The notes below the pieces were generated by a model. That model searched no databases, was not told where the DNA came from, and worked only from the letters and a program-made list of their open reading frames with translations. The position numbers and the translations under genes were made by a program. This document shows, piece after piece, positions 7,638 to 18,800 of a DNA stretch of 54,059 nucleotides. How positions within the stretch are numbered: the first letter of the stretch is position 1; the number at the start of each line of letters is the position of its first letter. Source of the stretch: a virus (Duplodnaviria; Caudoviricetes); IMG/VR virus record IMGVR_UViG_3300030107_001798, positions 1-54,059 of that record; one strand, 5' to 3'.

Positions 7638-7866
7638 TAAACCTCTATATAAACCAGCACCAGGTTTTGTTTACTTGCAAGATGTTAGTGTTGGTGAATT
7701 AGTTGAAACAAGTAGTGGGTTAAAAGCCATTGTTGTTGAGCATACAAACTCTGCAACTAAAATGTTGGTATTAAAAGCAGATAATCATCCAGTTGAAGAT
7801 AGAAATTTTTATTTAGGTAAGCAAAGATGGGGAATAGGAACAGAAGTTAAAGTAATAGGAGATTAA
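7567..7866 (+). CDS. Hypothetical protein (TTG start)
   Basis: ORF track; AAGGAG upstream. Confidence 0.65.
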   Translation: MKPETKQKKKIGMARKLAKAAMIDKPLYKPAPGFVYLQDVSVGELVETSSGLKAIVVEHTNSATKMLVLKADNHPVEDRNFYLGKQRWGIGTEVKVIGD

Positions 7867-7867
7867 A

Positions 7868-8077
7868 ATGAAAGAACCAGTAACATCATTAGAGCAAGAA
7901 TTACAAATGAGAATAGATTGGTTAGAAAAAGGATTAAAAGAAATTGTAAATCATTACTCTCATAGCGACATACCAAAAGAGGCTAGGGATATTGCTCAAG
8001 CATACCTTGATGGAGAACCAACAACAGCCGACAGATACAATAGAGGCGATGATGTAGAATATAAATATGGCAAATAA
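7868..8077 (+). CDS. Hypothetical protein
   Basis: ORF track; SD. Confidence 0.7.
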   Translation: MKEPVTSLEQELQMRIDWLEKGLKEIVNHYSHSDIPKEARDIAQAYLDGEPTTADRYNRGDDVEYKYGK

Positions 8078-8327
8078 TAGAGATGTTGTTAAAAAAAGTC
8101 CGTGGGAAACAAAATCTAAAGATGCAAAAAACGCTGATAACAGAATAAAATTTTGTAAGTATTGTAATATGTGTTGGGAAGATGTTCTTTTAAGCAACAC
8201 TGGTAAAGGACAAAACCAAATATATCATTATGTAGATTTTCCTTCCTATGGAAAAGAAAGAAAAATATGTTTTAAATGTAAAGGAGAGAGAAATGGGAAA
8301 AATGTCATGGATAAGTCATTTATGTGA
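8067..8327 (+). CDS. Small zinc-finger protein
   Basis: CKYC ... CFKC. Confidence 0.65.
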   Translation: MANNRDVVKKSPWETKSKDAKNADNRIKFCKYCNMCWEDVLLSNTGKGQNQIYHYVDFPSYGKERKICFKCKGERNGKNVMDKSFM

Positions 8328-8520
8328 AACCAATAACAGAAAACAGCTTATAGAAGAAGTTGGCATTGAATTAGCTGATGGATTTTTAGAAGCTCACAAT
8401 AAAATGAGAGAGAATAGAAACAATCCTGCGTATCATAAATTAAACGAAATTCACGATGAAATGCAGAAGGAGGTTAAGGATGAACAAATGCCCAGCGTGC
8501 GGTTATCATCTAAAAAGTAA
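8293..8520 (+). CDS. Hypothetical protein (likely start MGKMSW)
   Basis: In frame with ORF 8248..8520; AAGGAG SD before ATG 8293. Confidence 0.65.
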   Translation: MGKMSWISHLCETNNRKQLIEEVGIELADGFLEAHNKMRENRNNPAYHKLNEIHDEMQKEVKDEQMPSVRLSSKK

Positions 8521-8854
8521 TCCCAATATAGGGAAAGAGATGAACAAAATACTTAAAGGTCGAAATAAGAGAACTGTAAAAATGCTTAATAAAGTAGCAT
8601 CGTTAATTACTTCGGAAATACCATCAGAAACAAGATATAAATATTATCAATTTCTACATGGTACTAAAGTAATAGAAGACAATGTTATAGAATGGGCTCT
8701 TCAAAGATATTATGAAGGTGAGCATGTTTATCAAGGTAAAGGATTTGCTTATCTTAGAAGTATCGCACAAACTAGAGGTAAAAACATAGAAACAATAAAA
8801 AGAAACGAGAGGGCAAGATTAGGTTCTGTTCCTCCCGTGTATCAAGGAGAATAA
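8480..8854 (+). CDS. Hypothetical protein with a possible DnaD-like C-terminal domain
   Basis: AAGGAGG SD before ATG 8480; N-terminal CPAC; VIEWAL...KGFAYLRSI resembles the DnaD YIxxIL helix. Confidence 0.6.
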   Translation: MNKCPACGYHLKSNPNIGKEMNKILKGRNKRTVKMLNKVASLITSEIPSETRYKYYQFLHGTKVIEDNVIEWALQRYYEGEHVYQGKGFAYLRSIAQTRGKNIETIKRNERARLGSVPPVYQGE

Positions 8855-8855
8855 A

Positions 8856-8999
8856 ATGATAGTTTTTAACATAGCAGAATGGATAATAAATTTTTTAGTA
8901 CTTGGAGTTAGTATCTGTTTTTGGGCTGGAGGGATTTTTATGGTAACAATGCTAGTAACTGTATTAAAAGATTATATAGTAAGTTTTTTTGAAAAATAA
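8856..8999 (+). CDS. Small membrane protein (47 aa)
   Basis: Hand-translated MIVFNIAEWIINFLVLGVSICFWAGGIFMV...; AAGGAG SD. Confidence 0.6.
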   Translation: MIVFNIAEWIINFLVLGVSICFWAGGIFMVTMLVTVLKDYIVSFFEK

Positions 9000-9010
9000 A
9001 GGAGAGTAAA

Positions 9011-9130
9011 ATGCCAAAAAAAACAACCAAAAAGAAAAATATCCCAAACAATTTTAGAGGAAAAGAAGACATATTCTTTAAAAAAATAAGGGATGGATTA
9101 AAGAAATTTTTAGAATCACCATTTAAATAA
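9011..9130 (+). CDS. Small basic protein (39 aa)
   Basis: Hand-translated MPKKTTKKKNIPNNF...; AAGGAG SD. Confidence 0.55.
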   Translation: MPKKTTKKKNIPNNFRGKEDIFFKKIRDGLKKFLESPFK

Positions 9131-9148
9131 CATAAAAAGGAGAGAGAT

Positions 9149-9937
9149 ATGTTACAAAATGCAATGTTTCCAGTAATCGAAATACCAGCTATAGGGAAAA
9201 TGCCTGAAGGATTTAAAGAAAGAGAAAATACTGGTTATAAATTTATAATGAGAGAAGATACAGGCCAAGTTCTTAGTTGCATGACAGATAATTATAGACT
9301 TGTTACAAATAAATCTATCATTGATGCAGCTGAACCAATAATTGATAAGCATGGTGGAGAAGTGAAAGAAGTAAATGTCTTTAGCAATGGAAGGTCGGTT
9401 CATATGAAATGGAATTTTCCTAAACATATGATAAAGATTGGTAAAGATGACGAAATGACACCTGAGATTGTTGTAGGCAATAGTTATGATGGTACTCTTG
9501 GAGTAAACATTATGGCTGGAGCATTTAGATTCATCTGTTTAAATGGTGCTGTTATAGGTATAGTTGCTTCTAGGTACAAGAACAAACATATCAAATCCAA
9601 TATCTCTTTTGATGATTTCGATGAAGTAATCTCAGAGACAATGGATAAAACAAAGTTAATCTTTAAAGAAGAATTTCCTGTTTTACAAGGAACTAATTTT
9701 AAAGATAAACATGTTATTGATTTCTTGCAAATGTTTCCATTACAAGCAAATGAATTAGTCACACAAGCTCTTATAGCAAATAAACCTAAATCATTTTGGG
9801 ATTTATTTAACGTAGGTACTAACGTACTAAGTCATCACATGAATAGAAATGCTCAATCCACTCACAACATTGAAGGAAGATTATATCCTGCAATTAAGAA
9901 GTGGGCTACTAAAGAGGCAAAAGTTGCCATCGCTTGA
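9149..9937 (+). CDS. DUF932/DUF945-family protein
   Basis: MTDNYRLVTN, NSYDG and AFRFICLNG family motifs. Confidence 0.8.
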   Translation: MLQNAMFPVIEIPAIGKMPEGFKERENTGYKFIMREDTGQVLSCMTDNYRLVTNKSIIDAAEPIIDKHGGEVKEVNVFSNGRSVHMKWNFPKHMIKIGKDDEMTPEIVVGNSYDGTLGVNIMAGAFRFICLNGAVIGIVASRYKNKHIKSNISFDDFDEVISETMDKTKLIFKEEFPVLQGTNFKDKHVIDFLQMFPLQANELVTQALIANKPKSFWDLFNVGTNVLSHHMNRNAQSTHNIEGRLYPAIKKWATKEAKVAIA

Positions 9938-10757
9938 TTGGTACGATTGCCCTATTGTTATACCTTATTATGGTGGGAAGTATGAGTTGAGTAAAAGATT
10001 TGTTCCACTCATACCCCCACATGATAGGTATTTCGAGGTCTTTGCTGGAGGTTTATCAATGTTCTTCAGAAAACCAAAGGCTGAATGGAATGTACTAAAC
10101 GATAAAGACAACAACATTGTAAATCTGTATATATGTATAATAGAAAAAACGGATGAGCTCGTAGATATACTAAATTGGTTTCCCAAGTCTCGTAAATTAT
10201 TCTTAGATTTCAAAGAGGAAGTACAAGAAAAACAAGAGATTGAGATTCCAGACCCTATGAGAGCCGCTAAGTATTTTTATTGTATAAGACATAGCTTTAA
10301 TAAACTAATTCATACTCCACTGTCTATGATTAAAGATATGAATAAAAACTGGGAAGAAGAATTTAAATACTCAAGAGAAAAAATAGGAGGTGCTACTATA
10401 GAGAATTTAGACTTTGCAGAATTAGTTGATAGATACAATCCAAGACAAGGAGATTTCTGGTATCTAGACCCACCATACTTTGTTGCTCATGAAAAAGGTA
10501 ACAAGTATTATCAACATAACTTTACTGCCGATGACCATTTAAGGTTAAAAGAAAAGGTAGATAAAATACATAATGATGGTGGAAAGTTTATGGTAAGTTA
10601 TGATGCAGATGAAAGAGTTGCAGATTTGTATAAAGACTATGATGTTAGGACAATAGATTTAAAATACGCAGGTGCAACTGACGAGGCAAAACAAAAAGAG
10701 AGAAAAGAATACTTAATAATAAATTATAAACCTGTTCATCAAGCAAGTTTATTTTAA
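9924..10757 (+). CDS. D12-class N6-adenine DNA methyltransferase (Dam family); likely TTG start at 9924
   Basis: YYGGK, EVFAGG (SAM binding), NDKD and YLDPPY (catalytic). Confidence 0.9.
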   Translation: MPSLDWYDCPIVIPYYGGKYELSKRFVPLIPPHDRYFEVFAGGLSMFFRKPKAEWNVLNDKDNNIVNLYICIIEKTDELVDILNWFPKSRKLFLDFKEEVQEKQEIEIPDPMRAAKYFYCIRHSFNKLIHTPLSMIKDMNKNWEEEFKYSREKIGGATIENLDFAELVDRYNPRQGDFWYLDPPYFVAHEKGNKYYQHNFTADDHLRLKEKVDKIHNDGGKFMVSYDADERVADLYKDYDVRTIDLKYAGATDEAKQKERKEYLIINYKPVHQASLF

Positions 10758-10769
10758 TAAGGAGATAAT

Positions 10770-12083
10770 ATGGCAAAAGAAATAAATGCAGCTCCATCCG
10801 CCTTAGAAGCTGAACAAGCTTTATTAGGTTGTATTTTAGAAGGAGGAGAAAGAGAGCAAGAAATTGCTATGGCTTGGATAAGAGACAATAATGCATTTTA
10901 CACTATAGAAAATAGGCAAATATGGGAGTCAATGGCTGAATTGTATAAAGATGGAATAGAAATAGACTTTGTGACTCTTAGCAATAAAGTAAAAGACATA
11001 CATGGAGAAAGTAAGGCATATTATATAACTGGACTAACAGAGGCTTTAATTAGTATAGCAAATGTTGAAAATTATGCAAGAATAGTATGGGAAAAATACA
11101 TACAGAGAGAGACTGCTAAATCAGCTGAGGCTTTACTTAATGCAAGTTATGAAGATTATAAAGAAGTAGGCAGTATATTAGAAAAACATAGCAAATTAAT
11201 AGACGAATTAAGGCAAATACAACCATCTAAAATTAAAGACATTGAAGTATTAGTTGAAGAGATGAAAGCAACAGTAGAAGAAGATACTAATCTTATACCA
11301 TTTAATCTTGGACATCTTGATACATTTGCAGGTGGAATGACTCGTAAAGAAATTACTGTGTTAGGTGGTAGGCCCGGTCATGGAAAAACAACTCTCGTAA
11401 TAAACATCATTAAAGGGTTAATTGAACAAGGATACAGAGTAATGTTATTTAATCGAGAAATGAGTAATACAGAGATGTTAAAGAAGATGGTGGTAATGGA
11501 ATCACATTCTCTTAAATACGGAGATATAAGACGAAATGACCTATCTGATATTAATAAAGAAGAGTTTGAGCTAGTATCAGAAAGAATAAAAGGGGAATAT
11601 GGAGAGTTTTTTATGTATGACAATGTAAGAAGCCTTGATGATTGTTTAAGGGAAATTGCTAAACATAAGCCAGATGTAGTTATTGATGATTATATTCAAT
11701 TGATACAAGTAGATGGAGTTAAAGAAGGAAGAAGGTTTGAGATTGAAAAGATAATGCAAGAATACAAATGGATATGTAAACAAGAAGATTGTTCAGCAAT
11801 ATTGGTATCTCAATTAAACAGAGAGATTGAAAAGAGATTAGACCCTAGACCTCGTATGAGTGATTATGCAGAATCAGGTGTAATTGAACAAACTGCTGAA
11901 TCGGCAATGTTTGTATTCTATGGACACAACTTTGATAGTGAAAAATTTAATCCATATAAAAGTGAAATTATAGTAGCTAAAAGTAGATATGGTAAAATAG
12001 GGACACACTTAGTTGGATTCAATGGAGGCAGGTGTAAATTCTATATGAACTCAAACATGGCGGAGAAAGACAATATTGCATAA
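10770..12083 (+). CDS. dnaB: Replicative DnaB helicase
   Basis: EAEQALLG N-domain; Walker A GRPGHGKT; DYIQL; SQLNR; ESGVIEQ; KSRYG. Confidence 0.95.
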   Translation: MAKEINAAPSALEAEQALLGCILEGGEREQEIAMAWIRDNNAFYTIENRQIWESMAELYKDGIEIDFVTLSNKVKDIHGESKAYYITGLTEALISIANVENYARIVWEKYIQRETAKSAEALLNASYEDYKEVGSILEKHSKLIDELRQIQPSKIKDIEVLVEEMKATVEEDTNLIPFNLGHLDTFAGGMTRKEITVLGGRPGHGKTTLVINIIKGLIEQGYRVMLFNREMSNTEMLKKMVVMESHSLKYGDIRRNDLSDINKEEFELVSERIKGEYGEFFMYDNVRSLDDCLREIAKHKPDVVIDDYIQLIQVDGVKEGRRFEIEKIMQEYKWICKQEDCSAILVSQLNREIEKRLDPRPRMSDYAESGVIEQTAESAMFVFYGHNFDSEKFNPYKSEIIVAKSRYGKIGTHLVGFNGGRCKFYMNSNMAEKDNIA

Positions 12084-12375
12084 AAGTTGCTTGGGGTGTT
12101 ATTACGAATACCATAGTAAATGCTATTGGTTTAAACTAAAAAATAATAGCACCCCAAAAGAAATACCTAAAGATGTAATAGGAAAAGGATGTAGTAAGTA
12201 TTATAATACATCAATTGGTACATCTAAATCTAAATTGCAACAATTGTTAATAGAAAAATTTGATGGAGAAATTGTCGGAGACAAATACGAACCTCCTTCT
12301 AAACCAATAAAAGAATACAAAAGAAAGTGGGTTAAAAGCCCACATAAGTATTCTCACAGAAAGGATGCACAATGA
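12076..12375 (+). CDS. Cys-containing hypothetical protein
   Basis: ORF track; GGAG SD. Confidence 0.6.
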   Translation: MHKSCLGCYYEYHSKCYWFKLKNNSTPKEIPKDVIGKGCSKYYNTSIGTSKSKLQQLLIEKFDGEIVGDKYEPPSKPIKEYKRKWVKSPHKYSHRKDAQ

Positions 12376-12872
12376 ATAAAACAATAATAGGAATAGACCC
12401 AGGTGCTAGTGGTGCATTATGCTTTACTAATTCAAAAGAAAAAGATATGCATACACACAAATGCCACAAACTAATAAGTGGTAGAAGATTGATTGTTTCA
12501 ATAGCTTTGAATGCATACAAATCTAAAGAAGCAATAGCGTATATAGAAAAAGTTCATGCTATGCCTCACGATGGTAGAAGTTCTTTATTTAAATTTGGAG
12601 TTAATTATGGAGCTTGGTTAGGAATACTTAATTCAATAAAAGGAATAAATAAAATAGTAGAAGTGTCACCACAGAAATGGATGAAATTTTGGGAAAATAA
12701 AATAGGAGAAAAGCTGCCAAAGGTAAAAAAGGATAGAAAGAATAAGCTAAAAGAAATAGCGTCTATCTACACAGATAAACCAGCAACACTTTGGAATGCT
12801 GATGCAGTTTTAATAACAATGTATGGAATGTACACAGAAAAGGAGAGAAACAGTGAACATAAAAAATGTTAA
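12372..12872 (+). CDS. RuvC-like Holliday junction resolvase
   Basis: IIGIDPG, IEKV, FKFG.NYG, VSPQKW and ADAVLI motifs. Confidence 0.85.
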   Translation: MNKTIIGIDPGASGALCFTNSKEKDMHTHKCHKLISGRRLIVSIALNAYKSKEAIAYIEKVHAMPHDGRSSLFKFGVNYGAWLGILNSIKGINKIVEVSPQKWMKFWENKIGEKLPKVKKDRKNKLKEIASIYTDKPATLWNADAVLITMYGMYTEKERNSEHKKC

Positions 12873-13053
12873 TGAATATGAAGTAATTAAAGTATGTTTA
12901 AAGGCTAATTTAGAAATAATAGAAATGTGTCAAGAAAGCAATCATGAAAAGAAAAATTTATTATTATTAACAGTTATAAGTGAATTAAAAAATATGTGTG
13001 AAACAATAATACCAATATTTGAAAATAGAGTTGAAAAAAAATTAAAAAATTAG
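12823..13053 (+). CDS. Hypothetical protein (start may be GTG near 12853)
   Basis: ORF track; AAGGAG before the GTG. Confidence 0.5.
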   Translation: MECTQKRRETVNIKNVNEYEVIKVCLKANLEIIEMCQESNHEKKNLLLLTVISELKNMCETIIPIFENRVEKKLKN

Positions 13054-13090
13054 CATATATCTCTTTATTATTAATTATATCATATGCTAA
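13050..13090. terminator. Inverted repeat where the early and late arms converge
   Basis: TTAGCATAT 13050-13058 / ATATGCTAA 13082-13090. Confidence 0.35.
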
Positions 13091-13104
13091 AAGATGAGGG
13101 CGGG

Positions 13105-15864
13105 TTAAGTTAACTCGCCTTCTTCTAACATTCTCAAACTTCTTTCTATTCCTTGAGGTAGTACTTTTTTACGAACTTTTTTGTATGTTTTTTGTATTTC
13201 TTTTGCTTCTTTAGTGGGGTATAAACCAAGTTCTTGTTGTATTGCCCAACCAATTCTACCTTCATTAATTTGGGGTATATGTCTTTCAATTAATCTTCCA
13301 GCAAAACCATTTAATATCCTTATTGTTTTGCTAAGGTCTGTACTTTGAGTATTTAAATCATATTCTTGCATACCTGTAATAATCGTAAGCAATGAATCTT
13401 CGTCTAAATTTACAACATCCAACATCATTCCTATATCTATTATATCAGATGCTAATGGGCCTCCAAAAGTAGAAAGTATAGGGCCTTTACCATAGAATGC
13501 TTTTTTAATATCCTCATCATCCCCAGTCATAATAGTAGCAAGCTGATTAATTCTATTAGCAGAATCATGCTCTACAAGATTGTTAAAATTTAAACCAGTA
13601 ATTGCAGAAGCTATAACTGGAGCTAAAAAATAAGCAACTGCCATTCTATATGCTTTTTCTAGACCCCTAGCATCCCCATTTGGAATTAAGTTTCCTGCTA
13701 ATACATCTTGTTTAGCTTCTTTTAAAATTTTAACATTTCTTTCAAAAAATTCCATACTATAATGTTGAAATTGGAACATAAATCTACCAATTTTACTTCT
13801 AAAGGCTTTCGATTTTGCATAATCAGCATAATCAAAATGATTAAGAATAACCATATTTTTAGCATAGTTCTGTGCAATTTGTTGTATAGATGTTTCCAAT
13901 TTAGACTCAGAAAAACCTTCACCCCATTCTCTTTTTTTAGTTTCAGCAAACTGAGGATTGTCCTTTAACCATTTATACATCTGAGCAAAACCTATTTTAA
14001 ATGTGTGTTTTCTATTTGAATTTTCTGCTTTTCTATGTAAATAAGATGTTTTAGCTGCTATAGTTGATGTAAAATTTGCAAAATTTTCAAGTCTACTTTT
14101 TTCCCTTATTTCATATTTTCCTTTAGATTCATTCCAAATTCTTAAATTAAACATTGAAGCTGGTTCCATTAATCCAGTTTCTAATAATTGAGGAGAAACT
14201 TCATCAAATAAAAGGCCAGCATCTTTTAATGCACTTTCAACAAATACATTTGAATCAACCTCCACTCCCTTAGAAGTTTTTAATGTCATATTTTTTAATT
14301 GTTGATTCATTGTAGATATTTGAATCGGGCCCCATTCAACATAATCTAATAATCTTTGAGTAAAGTTTCTTGCAGCAGAGCGTGGGTTAACACCAAGCTT
14401 AGATATGAACTCAAAACCCAATAAAGACCTCATTAAAGCCCTAGTTTTGGGACTTATATCAGTATCTCCATTAGATGCTTTATGTAAATCTGTAATGTAA
14501 TCAACTATATTTTGCCCATATCCTTGAGCAGAACCTTTCATTTTGAATATTTTTTCAACACCAGATAAAGACCTAAGGAAGTGAGCATCTGTAAAAGAAG
14601 TAAAGTTAAATCTATTAACATCTGAAATATAGCTATCAACTACATTTAAAAAATGTTTACTATAATTATAATCAGCTTCTTCTGCTATTCCTTTAGCATG
14701 CTCACTAATATCTAATCTAATTTGATTAGCTATTTCAATAACTGTTTTAGGTTTGTCTTTTATATATGGGTTAGCTGCGTTTTGTAAATCATCTAAGTGA
14801 GGCATCATCTTCTGCATAAATGGAGCACTTAAATCTCTTACATAATGTGGAAAATAACCAGCTTTATATTTAGGCATAAGTTGTTCTCTTAGCTTTTCTT
14901 TAACGTCTTTTAATTCTTTTACTGATTTTTCATCACCATTAATCTTCATTCTTTCAATAATAGAATTAATTCTTTGGTCTATTCCACTTTTAAGGGATTT
15001 ATATAGGTCTTGCATCATAACATCATATTGAACAACTGCTTTATATAATTCCGGTCTTTCTTTTAAAGCAACCCCATTTCTATCTTTTACAATATTAGCA
15101 ATTTCTCTATCTGTTAATATAACTCTTGCATTGCCTTTATCAATTTTTTTTAAAAGTTCTTTAGAAGAAGAGTCTCCTTTATTAGCTTTATCTTTTATAA
15201 CATTATATTTAGCTTCTGTAGCTTCTTTTAATCCTCTTTCTACAACATCCATAAAATCACCAAAAGATTTTAATTCACCACTGGTTGTGAGTTTATTTAT
15301 TTCTTTCTGAACCTCAGAAGCTTTAGCATCATCTCCATCATTTATTGCTTTTACTAAGTCATTATCTAGTTTTGTCATTTTCTTTTGAGCAGCCCTGTAT
15401 CCTAATTTTCCGAGCATACTATTTATACCTGCGTCTTTTTGCAATGATGTAATAATTTCTTTAAATCTATTTCTATCTCTTAATTCATTTTTTCTAAAAA
15501 AGAAACTAGAGTTTTGCATATCTTTTAAATATCCACCAATCACAGGGTCTTTAGCTCCATAATGAGATGTTTGATAAAAGTATTGAGCAAATTGACCATC
15601 CAATCTTCCAGACTTTATATTTTGATTTAATGTTTTAAGTGTCTTTTTAAATCCATTAAGCCTTCCCTTAGTAAGTATTTCAGAATTTGTATCGTATTTT
15701 AATGTATCTAATTCAACAAGAAAATCTCTTTCAGCTAATCTAAAAGCAGCTTCATAAGGATTATTCATCTGTTTTCTGCTTAAATTAGATTTAGACCAAT
15801 TGTCTATAGTATCTAATAATTCTTTATAATGTGGATTTACGATATTGCAATTAATTGAAGCCAT
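13105..15864 (-). CDS. Large internal virion (ejection) protein; likely start MASIN at 15864
   Basis: Last gene of the late arm; TAATG coupling; helical, with C-terminal HFDY...QFQHYS and hydrophobic segments. Confidence 0.7.
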   Translation of the reverse strand: MASINCNIVNPHYKELLDTIDNWSKSNLSRKQMNNPYEAAFRLAERDFLVELDTLKYDTNSEILTKGRLNGFKKTLKTLNQNIKSGRLDGQFAQYFYQTSHYGAKDPVIGGYLKDMQNSSFFFRKNELRDRNRFKEIITSLQKDAGINSMLGKLGYRAAQKKMTKLDNDLVKAINDGDDAKASEVQKEINKLTTSGELKSFGDFMDVVERGLKEATEAKYNVIKDKANKGDSSSKELLKKIDKGNARVILTDREIANIVKDRNGVALKERPELYKAVVQYDVMMQDLYKSLKSGIDQRINSIIERMKINGDEKSVKELKDVKEKLREQLMPKYKAGYFPHYVRDLSAPFMQKMMPHLDDLQNAANPYIKDKPKTVIEIANQIRLDISEHAKGIAEEADYNYSKHFLNVVDSYISDVNRFNFTSFTDAHFLRSLSGVEKIFKMKGSAQGYGQNIVDYITDLHKASNGDTDISPKTRALMRSLLGFEFISKLGVNPRSAARNFTQRLLDYVEWGPIQISTMNQQLKNMTLKTSKGVEVDSNVFVESALKDAGLLFDEVSPQLLETGLMEPASMFNLRIWNESKGKYEIREKSRLENFANFTSTIAAKTSYLHRKAENSNRKHTFKIGFAQMYKWLKDNPQFAETKKREWGEGFSESKLETSIQQIAQNYAKNMVILNHFDYADYAKSKAFRSKIGRFMFQFQHYSMEFFERNVKILKEAKQDVLAGNLIPNGDARGLEKAYRMAVAYFLAPVIASAITGLNFNNLVEHDSANRINQLATIMTGDDEDIKKAFYGKGPILSTFGGPLASDIIDIGMMLDVVNLDEDSLLTIITGMQEYDLNTQSTDLSKTIRILNGFAGRLIERHIPQINEGRIGWAIQQELGLYPTKEAKEIQKTYKKVRKKVLPQGIERSLRMLEEGELT

Positions 15865-18800
15865 TACACTGCACACTTTTCTAGTTCAATTAATTCATCT
15901 TTCATTCTACGAAGTCTTTCCTCACTACTTTCGTCTATCGGAAGATTGTTTTTAACATTCTCAACAGATTTGCTTCTTTTATACATTTCTTTTAAACTAT
16001 CCATTCCTTGTTTTCCAGATTTTTCTAAATTAAGATTCTTAAAATAACTACTGCCGCCCATTAACGCATACACTGGATTATTCATTAATTTAGTAGTTAA
16101 TTCTGGTTTTAAATTACCTTGTTTTAACCCTAATCCAATTGTTTTTTGAGCAATATCTCTAATATCAGCATCCATAGAATTTCTAGCGTGGAGATAAGAA
16201 ACTGGATTAAGAATATTATTACTCATCATTAATTCTTGTAAATTACTCATTTGGTCTATATATGTATCAAATTCTTTAGACTTACCAGATGCCTCCATTA
16301 TGTCTTTATAAAAACTAAACAAATGGTCATTAAACAACCCAAAACCGTTTTTAATCCTATCTCCAGTTTTAGTCCATTGAATAGTTCCAAAATCTCCAAA
16401 TCGTTTTTCAAAATCTTTATGGAAAGTAGGAAGTTTAATTGCATCATATATTAATTTTTCTTGGCCTGTTGCTCCAAAAGTGAAAGCATCGCCCAAGTTA
16501 TCAGATACTAATTTTTGCATATCAAATTTTCTATCAAAAAATCTTTGAAATTGAGCTTCAGTAACTTGTATATAGGCTAATGCTGTTTGCGCAAGTGATT
16601 GTACTTCTGGGTCTATAACATCCTCACCAAACAATCTCATTTCTTTTCTAGATGCAAGTTGGGTTAAGAAATTCAAACCTCTTCTATATCTAGATGATGG
16701 GTCATATCCTTCTTTTGCTTCAAATGGAACTGCTATTGGGTTACCATTAAAGACTCCAATTTTGTGTTTATTTACAGATGGCTGCATAAATGCCCACAAA
16801 AATTTTAATCCATGTTTATTAACACCTCTTAACAATAATGCACTTTCTATGTCTTGATATGTATTCATATCTGGAAATCTTTCAAGAAATCTTTGCTGTT
16901 CTGGGCTAAGAGATTGCCTTCCTCCATATTTCATTATTTCACCAAGATTGTTCTGGCTTCCATAAAATAATTTTCTATATTGTTTTATGTCATTTATTTC
17001 TTGCCAAGCTTTTTGCCCTAAACCAAAACTATCATCCCCATTAATAAGTGGCATGAATTTTTTTATTTGTTCCATTGTTGAATAATAAACAGTTCCTTTT
17101 TTCATATTACTTGTATTTACATCAACAAATTCAATTTTTTGCAAATCTTTAGAAGACCATGTTTCAAGGTATTTTTCACCTAACCATTCTTTACCAAGTT
17201 CTTTATGCAATTCTTCTTTTAAATTATTAATTTTATCTATTGCAAGTTGTTTCTTTTGCCAAGTCATTCTCTTATTATATTTTATTTGCATTACTTTTTT
17301 ATTAAGAGATTTTATTAAATCAATTTTTTTATTTATATCCCAAGTAGTTTTCAAAACATTTGATTTTAATATTCTACTAGATGTATCTAATTCTTTATTT
17401 TCCATTCTATTGTCAAAAACAAACTCGTCATACCAATCATTTAAATATTCCCTTGCTTTACCAGTGAGAGTTTCTACTCTTGTTTCTTCAAATAAATTAG
17501 CATCCCATAATTTCCACAATGTTCTTTCAATTGGGGAACCTCTTTTACCTTCTGCAAATCCCCTAGATTGTCTCTCTACTGCATTTGGAAACATTTTATC
17601 ATTGTTTGTTACTTTCCATTTAATTTTACCATCATCACTTACTCTATCTTCCACTCCAAATAAAGAAATAAATTCATTACTATCTTTCCATTTGTCTTTA
17701 TTTGTTATATTTCCATCCTTGTCTTCTGCATAATTTTGATATTTATTTCTTAATCTATAGTATAAAGATTTTCTTAAATTTTGATTAAATTGAAAAAATC
17801 TATTAGATGCTTCCATTACATCTTCATAAGATGTTTTTTTCTGCTCTCCACTTTTTTCGTAAACAGAATCTCCAGTTACTTGTAATAATTTACCATATTC
17901 AGATAACATCTCTTTTACAATTGACATATCTAAAGGGCTTAAATCATCAATTTCTTTAAATGTACCATCATCTGTTTTAGTTAATTTTCTAAAAATTCTT
18001 ACCCTTTGTCCGTTATCAGCTTCTCCTTTTTTAGCAACTTGATTGGTGAAACCTATTTTATCAGAAACATTCATTTCTCTTAAATCTTTAGAACTTTTAG
18101 AATTATCCCAATTAGGAAATAAAAAATCATCTCTCCAAGAATATATATCATTAGATATTTCTTTATTTAAATCACCTTTACCATCTATAATATATTGAGT
18201 TTCGAGAGCAGACCTTTGATAAAAATCTGTATTATCATAATCCATTACAATTTTATAACCAGGCCCTTCATATAATATTTTAGAATTTTCTTCACCTTCC
18301 ATTGATATATCGACTGCCTTTCCAGTTTTAGAATCAACAGCTACTGATTGTCCTAAGTTTCCTAAGTAATTTAACATTCTGGGAACTTTTTGAACTAATC
18401 CTATAGATGATTTATATAGCTCTAATGCGGCTGACATTTCTTCAACTTTATCATTTTCCATTGTTGTATTTTGATTCCAATTAAATCCAGACGTTTTCAT
18501 TAAAGCTGTTGGGTCTACTCCCTGAACCCAGAATTGAGAAGTTCTTTGAATATGGTCATACATATTTTTTCTTTCAGCGAAAAAGTAATCTGCTTTATCC
18601 GCATCATAATCACCTTCAAAAACATTAACAACGTCTAGACTATTTACCATCATGGAATTTCCATATGTTTCATCTAAAAATCCTTTTAATCCCATCAATG
18701 TTAAATCGTTTGGCCTTGTTCTTGGATTTCTTCTAACAATAATACCAACTTGAAGATTAGGTCTATTGTTTTCAACACCCAATGTTTGTACTAATTCATG

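Noticed and set aside
1543-12520. Short - strand ORFs within the early arm
   Set aside because: Antisense shadows of SD-led + strand genes
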